Shown: one piece after another, positions 19,063 through 24,817 of the stretch
Position numbering within the stretch: the first letter of the stretch is position 1
How the letters are laid out: each line of letters opens with the position of its first letter
From: Cyanobacteria bacterium P01_D01_bin.156
GTDB taxonomy: Bacteria > Cyanobacteriota > Cyanobacteriia > Phormidesmidales > Phormidesmidaceae
Direction: 5' to 3'
DNA length: 24,817 nucleotides
Assembly: GCA_039024555.1 (NCBI GenBank)
Contig: JBCCQQ010000078.1
Span: forward strand, 1-24,817
Position numbers and translations under genes: made by a program
Notes under the pieces: generated by a model
The model's database searches: none
What the model saw: only the letters and a program-made list of their open reading frames with translations
What the model was told of the DNA's origin: nothing

Positions 19063-19209
19063 ATGGCTCAACGTTCTAGCGATCGCAATACCAGTAATCT
19101 GTGGGGACTTCTCTCAAACCATGAACAAACCATGGCCAGATTTGCCCATCCCTCAATGCGGCAAATCATGTTTCAACAACGTCGCATCAGCGATGTTCGA
19201 CGTCGCTAG
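19063..19209 (+). CDS. Candidate 48-aa small protein
   Basis: MAQRSSDRNTSNLWGLLSNHEQTMARFAHPSMRQIMFQQRRISDVRRR; AAGGGG about 9 nt upstream; hairpin 30 nt downstream; contains a HIP1 site. Confidence 0.5.
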   Translation: MAQRSSDRNTSNLWGLLSNHEQTMARFAHPSMRQIMFQQRRISDVRRR

Positions 19210-19227
19210 ACCGCCGCGACACTATGT

Positions 19228-19265
19228 AAATAAATAAAACCCCTGGGGCTGACGGACCTCAGGGG
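19228..19265 (-). terminator. Intrinsic terminator of rpsD (possibly bidirectional)
   Basis: Minus strand CCCCTGAGG-tccgtcag-CCCCAGGGG-TTTTATTTATTT. Confidence 0.75.
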
Positions 19266-19427
19266 CTTATGGAAATAACTAAACTAGCGCGGTAAGAGCA
19301 ACCAGCTGACTTGGAGGAATAGTTTGACTAGGACCTATATTTTCTAGTAGCCCCAACCAGTAGTCAGCATTGCCCAGTCAGAATATGGGAAATAATCCCA
19401 AAATATTCATGTAGAGCGACAAAAGGT

Positions 19428-20036
19428 CTACGCTTTACGGGAGTAGTACTCAACCACGAGTAGCTCATTGATATTTAGAGCCACCCACTCACGTTCAATA
19501 ATGCTGTTAACTTTGGCTTCGAGCTTACTCTTATCAAACTCTAGATGGGTGGGGATATTAGCCAAGCCCGGAAATTCCAGGTTAGCCTCCACTAGCTTTT
19601 TCGAAACGTCCTTACCACGAACACCGATAACATCACCCGGACGGCACTGATAGCTAGCAATGCTAACAACCCGACCATTAACGGTAATGTGACCGTGGTT
19701 CACGACTTGACGAGCAGCAGGAATGGTTGGCCCCATGCCCAAGCGAAATATAGTGTTATCCAAGCGCATCTCTAACTGCTGCAGGATTACCTGACCAGTA
19801 GAACCACCAGCACGACGCGCCTTTTTCACGTAGCGTAGCAGTTGCTTCTCAGATACACCGTAGTTGTAGCGAAGCTTTTGCTTCTCTTCTAAACGAATGC
19901 AATATTCAGATTTTTTCTTCCGCGCCTGGCCGTGCTGACCAGGAGGATAAGCCTTTCGAGCCACTTTCCGGGTTAGTCCGGGTAGTTCACCCAAGCGACG
20001 AGTGATGCGGAGGCGAGGACCTCTATATCGCGCCAT
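19428..20036 (-). CDS. rpsD: 30S ribosomal protein S4
   Basis: [61 protein letters not shown]. Confidence 0.99.
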   Translation of the reverse strand: MARYRGPRLRITRRLGELPGLTRKVARKAYPPGQHGQARKKKSEYCIRLEEKQKLRYNYGVSEKQLLRYVKKARRAGGSTGQVILQQLEMRLDNTIFRLGMGPTIPAARQVVNHGHITVNGRVVSIASYQCRPGDVIGVRGKDVSKKLVEANLEFPGLANIPTHLEFDKSKLEAKVNSIIEREWVALNINELLVVEYYSRKA

Positions 20037-20076
20037 GTGCGTTTAGTCTCCTAATATAGGAATATTCCGGCCCCCT

Positions 20077-20082
20077 ATTATA
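20077..20082 (-). promoter_or_regulatory. Probable -10 box of rpsD
   Basis: Perfect TATAAT on the minus strand, 40 nt upstream of the start codon; no clear -35. Confidence 0.55.
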
Positions 20083-20264
20083 CGGGATGGCGGCAACGAA
20101 CGCTACAGAAATTTATTTTGTGCGGCGTCTTAGTCATATAAACCGGTGATAGGAGCCACACAAAGGTCAGTAAGCAGTAAACGATTGAACTCTTCCAGAT
20201 ACATTTGTAGGCAATTTCCCTAAACCCTAGAGTTTTTTGGGAACACTAATACAATAATAAAATA

Positions 20265-20356
20265 GGCTTTGCTGCTCCTTGGGATGGATTTTAGCTGTCA
20301 CATCTAGGTAACTGATAAGTTCTACAGCTCGTTTCATTCCCTAAAGCAACAACGGC
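20265..20356 (+). mobile_element. 92-bp MITE-like element, copy 4
   Basis: GGCTTTGCTGCTCCTTGGGATGG...CATTCCCTAAAGCAACAACGGC aligns to copy 1 with one inserted base; flanks ATAAAATA / AGAAAATA (7/8). Confidence 0.82.
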
Positions 20357-20408
20357 AGAAAATAAGCCCTGGTCTATCCCTGAAAATTACGTTGCTTGGA
20401 AAAACAGC

Positions 20409-21023
20409 ATGGTCCACGATTTAGACCTAATTTGTACCTTCCTGGACAAGTCTCTGAACAAAGAGCCTGTAATTATCACGAGTAATTACTTAAGAGCCCA
20501 CACTATTTGTGACAACAACCAACTATTTGTCAAAAATGAAGGACTACTAGCATCAATTCATCTAACCCAGGAACCCAACTGCTTTCTGGTCAAGCTACGT
20601 TCACCCTACTGGCAATTAGTCAATAAAATTCTCCTTGAAAAAGGATTTGTTCCTAATGAGAGTGAGGGCAACACTGAATTCTATAATTATGAGTACAGTG
20701 AGATTCCTCCAGCCTACGAAATCAACTGCACAAGCCCCAATGAACTGTGGCGTAAATGGTGGACCCAGAGACATCAAAAAAGTGCATCCATATGGAACCT
20801 AGATTTTTTAATTCGGACCCGCAGTAAATGGTATCCAGTCCGAGATATTCAAGTTCTTAACCACTCAATCTTTATTCAAACCCTGGGTAAAAAGATTCGT
20901 TTGACTGAAAATGATGTCGCTGTATGGTTACAGAAAGCCCGAAATCAAATGAAATCTCAGCGTAAGTCGTCTGTTGCTAAACCTGCTAAACCACAGCCAA
21001 GATACCTAGTTAATGAGTGTTAG
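20409..21023 (+). CDS. Hypothetical protein
   Basis: 204-aa ORF with globular composition and aromatic motifs (LWRKWW, WYPVRDI); function not recognised. Confidence 0.75.
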   Translation: MVHDLDLICTFLDKSLNKEPVIITSNYLRAHTICDNNQLFVKNEGLLASIHLTQEPNCFLVKLRSPYWQLVNKILLEKGFVPNESEGNTEFYNYEYSEIPPAYEINCTSPNELWRKWWTQRHQKSASIWNLDFLIRTRSKWYPVRDIQVLNHSIFIQTLGKKIRLTENDVAVWLQKARNQMKSQRKSSVAKPAKPQPRYLVNEC

Positions 21024-21155
21024 CCTCTTTAAATGTTTAGGGCTTGTTAAGATTAAAATCATGGCCTTGTTCATTTAAATCCTGGTTTAACAAGCTTTTC
21101 AGGCTTAAACCGTGAAGTAGTTTCTTAACAACTCCTTAGACCAACAGATGTTTGG

Positions 21156-21197
21156 TTACTGCAGACTAAATTTTCCACTAAATTTAGTCTGCAGTAA
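21156..21197. repeat. Perfect 18-bp inverted repeat overlapping the AlkC-like stop codon
   Basis: TTACTGCAGACTAAATTT-tccact-AAATTTAGTCTGCAGTAA. Confidence 0.93.
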
Positions 21198-22320
21198 TCA
21201 GATCAAAGGTTAGCGAACCCATCTCTTGACCATTTATTAAAAGAACTATTTTGTGTTCTCCTAACTGAAGACGTCGAGTAGTCATCAGCCGCATTGGATG
21301 ATTTTTTGTTAGCAGGACCTCTTCATCTACCGACAAATCTAGCTGCTTGATTTTAAATACTTTTTGCGGGGGCTTGCGATTATCGCTAGCAAAAATCATG
21401 CGATAGTCGATTACTAACCTTTGAGATTTGTGGGAACAAACTTTTAACGAAAACTGAAATGCTTCACCAATTTTGACTTGGGAAGTAGTAGTTGCAAATT
21501 GGGTGATCGAGATGTCGGGTTGGGTACTAAAGCCCAGTAGTTCTAATGCTTCTGGATGGCCTTTTTTGATTAGTGTGCGCAGAGCATGGTTAATGATAAA
21601 TAACATTTCCCGCTCAGTTTGTTGTTGGCTATTTTGCCACCGCTGTAGCGTTTCAATTACTAAACTGGCATCAACCTTGCTAATGTCATTGATATGGTTG
21701 GCCACTGAGCGAGTCACGTATCGAGTAGGATCCGCATACAAAGCATTCAACAGGGGTAATGGCTTTTTATAATCACTGGTTAGTTTTTGTGACCAAGACA
21801 ACTTGGGTCTAGTGCCTTCAGTTGCTAAGCGACGCACATGATAATTCTCGTCGTGAGCACAGGCAGTCAAAAAATTAAACGTTTCCTCAGGAAATGTGTT
21901 GATAAAGTAACGGATGGCATCCTCTGCAGAGAACCGTTTGGTGATCTCCTTAAGGGCAGCTAGGGAGCTGTCAAGATAGTCTTTCTTACAGCCATAGAGA
22001 GCAACAAATAACGACAGTGGCGCAAAAATAAAATCACCAAAATCATCGTCTGTTTTATGGGGATCAAGTTCCGGGGGCAGTGCCTGTAGAAGAATCGTTA
22101 ATGCCTGAGAATAGTCCTTGGGTAAATGCGAGTGTAAGCATTGGGTAATGTGGGTAATACGCTCCTTTAGCTCCAGATTGGGAAAAGCTTCAACCACAGC
22201 TGTATGAAAGGTGGGCTGATCAAATTCAGGAAACGCTTGGGTAATTAATCCACCCAGATATTCCACTTTTTCTGGATTAAACAGCTGATCTTTTAGAGAA
22301 AAAGATGTTTTTGCTTTCAT
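21184..22320 (-). CDS. DNA alkylation repair glycosylase, AlkC-like (HEAT-like repeats plus C-terminal Ig-like domain)
   Basis: LELKERI, TKRFSAEDAIRYF, HVRRLATEGTRPKLSW, YVTRSVANHINDISK, KVFK and TTRR in the C-terminal domain. Confidence 0.85.
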   Translation of the reverse strand: MKAKTSFSLKDQLFNPEKVEYLGGLITQAFPEFDQPTFHTAVVEAFPNLELKERITHITQCLHSHLPKDYSQALTILLQALPPELDPHKTDDDFGDFIFAPLSLFVALYGCKKDYLDSSLAALKEITKRFSAEDAIRYFINTFPEETFNFLTACAHDENYHVRRLATEGTRPKLSWSQKLTSDYKKPLPLLNALYADPTRYVTRSVANHINDISKVDASLVIETLQRWQNSQQQTEREMLFIINHALRTLIKKGHPEALELLGFSTQPDISITQFATTTSQVKIGEAFQFSLKVCSHKSQRLVIDYRMIFASDNRKPPQKVFKIKQLDLSVDEEVLLTKNHPMRLMTTRRLQLGEHKIVLLINGQEMGSLTFDLITAD

Positions 22321-22362
22321 TAATGTAGGTTCCCCTGACTATAAAAACTCAACAATTAGCCG

Positions 22363-23073
22363 CTAAAGAGAATATCCCAGAAACCATTCATACCCTTGTT
22401 TAAAGGCAGCTTTTCCATTCGTTTCAACAATACTGCCATGGCCTGGAATTACCCGATCAAAATTCCAGGCTAAAATCTGGCGCACAGAGCCCGCCAAGCT
22501 GACCTTATCGCGGGTGCCCTTTTCTAAGCGGGTAGGTTGTAACTTGTTGTAGCCTCCCAACAAACGAGTGCCTAAACGAATAGAAAGACTACTGTTTTTA
22601 TCAAAGTTAAAGGCCGTATCCGTGAGAATTAACGTACGGCTGGATCGATGGAGAAAAACCGTCTCATTTGCCATGGCAATACCCTGGGGAGGCATGATGG
22701 TCGCAAATCTTTTAAAGGGCAAATAGTCTAATTCATTATCAAAGCTACCAGGCTGATTGACTAACGCATCCAACTTTAGATTAGGGCACTTTTCTGCTAG
22801 GCCCTCCACACCCCAAACAGTCGCTTCAGGGTATATGGCTTGGGCCTTGTCCAAAAACATGTAGTGAAACAGATTGGGCGCAATAATATGCCGCACCGTA
22901 CCCAACGCATTCAGCTGCTGACAGTCAGTATCCTCAAGGGCAATAGGGGAAATGAGAATTAGCTCATTGCTACTCAGGCGCACAATTGTCATGCGGGTGG
23001 TTATTGCCAAACCGATGAAACGTAGGGGCTGGGTTGCAGACCATAGGTTATCGGCAATAGATGTAAGGGACAT
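22363..23073 (-). CDS. DUF4336-like protein (metallo-beta-lactamase-like fold)
   Basis: RMTIVRL..LISP, HIIAPNLFH, ETVFLHRSSRTLILTD, WNFDRVIPGHG. Confidence 0.85.
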   Translation of the reverse strand: MSLTSIADNLWSATQPLRFIGLAITTRMTIVRLSSNELILISPIALEDTDCQQLNALGTVRHIIAPNLFHYMFLDKAQAIYPEATVWGVEGLAEKCPNLKLDALVNQPGSFDNELDYLPFKRFATIMPPQGIAMANETVFLHRSSRTLILTDTAFNFDKNSSLSIRLGTRLLGGYNKLQPTRLEKGTRDKVSLAGSVRQILAWNFDRVIPGHGSIVETNGKAAFKQGYEWFLGYSL

Positions 23074-23208
23074 AGCTATGGTTAATGCGCTTTAGATATG
23101 CACCAGAATCGCATATGCGGGGGGATATATAAAAACTTCTCAATAGTCTGATTTTCAACAATTTATCAGCTGTATACTCACCCTTAGTCCCCGTGTGCAG
23201 CTATTCCC

Positions 23209-24678
23209 ATGAACCCCTTCCAGGATGCTTTTATTTCCTATGGTCGTGCCGATAGTAAGCAATTTGCCCAGGAACTTAGCAAACGCCTCAAAAAGCTGGG
23301 CTACACGGTTTGGTTTGACGTTAACGATATTCCGCTAGGGGTGGATTACCAAAAGCAAATCGATGACGGCATTGAGAAGGCGGATAACCTTTTGTATCTG
23401 ATTTCGCCCCATTCAGTGAACTCAGAGTACTGCAATCTGGAAATTGAGCTGGCGCTAAAGCACAAGAAACGGATTATCCCGTTGCTGCATGTGGAGGAGA
23501 TCAGCTACGAAATCTGGCAATCTCGTAATCCTGGGGGTACACAGGAGCAATGGGAAGTCTATAAGGCCGCAGGCAAGCATTGCCATTTCACCAATATGCA
23601 CCCGTCAATTCGTAAGATTAACTGGGTCTATTTTCGTGAAGGCATCGATGACTTTGAGCAGTCTTTTCAGGGATTATTGGAACTGTTCGGTCGAGAAAAA
23701 GACTATGTGCATCAGCATACGGTGCTGCTGAACGATGCGTTGGAGTGGGAGCGTAACCAGAAACAAACCCGCTATTTACTCACTGGAGAAGATAAGCAAA
23801 ACGCAGAAGAATGGCTAGCGCAGCGATTTAAAGACAGTCAGCCGCCGGTAATTTCCACGGACTTACACTATGAGTACATTACCGAGAGTATCAAAAACGG
23901 CGACAACCTGATGACCCAGGTATTTTTGTCCCATGCAGAGGAAGATGCTAAGACCACTGACCAGGTGCGACGCACCCTGATGCGGGCAGGGATTACCACC
24001 TGGACCTATCGGTCTGATATTGAATTTGGCAGTGATTTTGAGGCGGCACTAAAGCGAGGTGTAGAAGAAACTGACAATGTGTTGTACTTGATGTCTCGTA
24101 ACTCCCTTGCCAGTAAATATTGCCAGCAGGAGATTGATCTAGCAGTTCAGCTGAATAAGCGGCTAATCATTATGCTAGCTGGGGCGGTGGATGAGACAGA
24201 GATTCCAGTTGCGTTTAGGAATCTCCAGTACATTGACCTAACCGATAACGAGACTGAGGAAGATTACCTCAAAGATGAGGACGATCTGCTGCGGGTGCTC
24301 AAGCAGGATGCCAACTATTTTAATGAGCACAAAGTGTTGCTGACCAAAGCGATGAAGTGGGAGCGGCAGCAGCGGAACCCGTGTGTTTTGTTGCAGGGGT
24401 ATGAGTTGCAGCATGCTCAGGCTTGGCAAGAGGTTGCCCAGGCTAGGGATGCTAATGGCCCCACCGATATTCAGACGGAGTTTATTGAGGCAAGCAAAAA
24501 CCAAACAGCGGCGGTGTCGCCAGATGTGTTTATTTCCTATTCTCGGGCAGATTCTGACTTTGCGCGGAAGTTGAATAATGCTTTGCAGCGACAGCGTAAA
24601 CGTACCTGGTTTGATCAGGAGAGTATTGCCTCGGGAGCGGATTTTAAGCAGGAGATTTGTAAGGGGATTGAGAGTTGA
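23209..24678 (+). pseudogene. Multi-TIR-domain protein, truncated in its third TIR by an IS insertion
   Basis: TIR starts DAFISYGRAD, QVFLSHAEED and DVFISYSRAD. The third stops at GIES; the TGA is formed at the IS junction. Confidence 0.82.
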
Positions 24679-24817
24679 ATGGCGCTGACTTAAGGTTGTT
24701 ATCAAGCGGCGGTAAGCTTTTGTTTGAGGCGTGCGCGGGGTTCATTCATCAAAGGGAACGCCTTGGGTCGCCGCTTGCGTTTTCTCGGTTCATGTCTGTC
24801 AGGACGAAGCGGGACAA
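24677..24817 (-). mobile_element. IS4-family insertion sequence, right end
   Basis: Terminal repeat-like GAATGGCGCTGACTTAAG at 24677-24694; minus-strand frame 24702-24815 reads VPLRPDRHEPRKRKRRPKAFPLMNEPRARLKQKLTAA*, typical of the basic C-terminus of IS4 transposases. Confidence 0.8.

Larger units (their letters stand above)
3119..19086. repeat. HIP1 octamers (GCGATCGC), dispersed
   Basis: Seen at 3119, 5805, 8434, 17427 and 19079; a manual scan may have missed some. Confidence 0.8.

Noticed and set aside
21042..21095. GCTTGTTAA...TTAACAAGC 9-bp inverted repeat as another MITE
   Set aside because: Single copy, no target duplication seen, no similarity to the 91-bp family.
24238..24705. 155-aa minus-strand ORF
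   Set aside because: Antisense to the TIR gene and spans the IS junction; not in the transposase frame.

Overview
Cyanobacterial chromosomal window, probably a filamentous Leptolyngbyaceae-like strain (HIP1 GCGATCGC sites, stand-alone rpsD, candidate NtcA box). In order it carries: a partial LysR regulator divergent from a beta-hydroxyacid dehydrogenase; a Met-rich zinc-ribbon protein; a complete ATP-grasp/alpha-E/transglutaminase/Anbu (proteasome-type) module behind a consensus NtcA-type site; yidD, a cupin, tadA, an acyltransferase and a LysE exporter; a 1313-aa RTX-type zinc metalloprotease; a hypothetical ORF; mfd; an unannotated 48-codon ORF; rpsD; a hypothetical; an AlkC-like glycosylase; a DUF4336 protein; and a tandem TIR-TIR-TIR gene cut by an IS4-family insertion at the right edge. 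The most unusual element is inside the metalloprotease: 13 in-frame copies of LGYASWWQ (12 exact) with variable linkers, fused directly behind the catalytic domain, which resembles a multi-core peptide precursor. That gene is bracketed by a perfect 28-bp palindrome upstream and a 20-bp hairpin downstream. Four copies of a 91-92 bp MITE-like element occur in intergenic regions, three with recognisable 8-bp target duplications. All product calls come from motif recognition by eye, not database searches.
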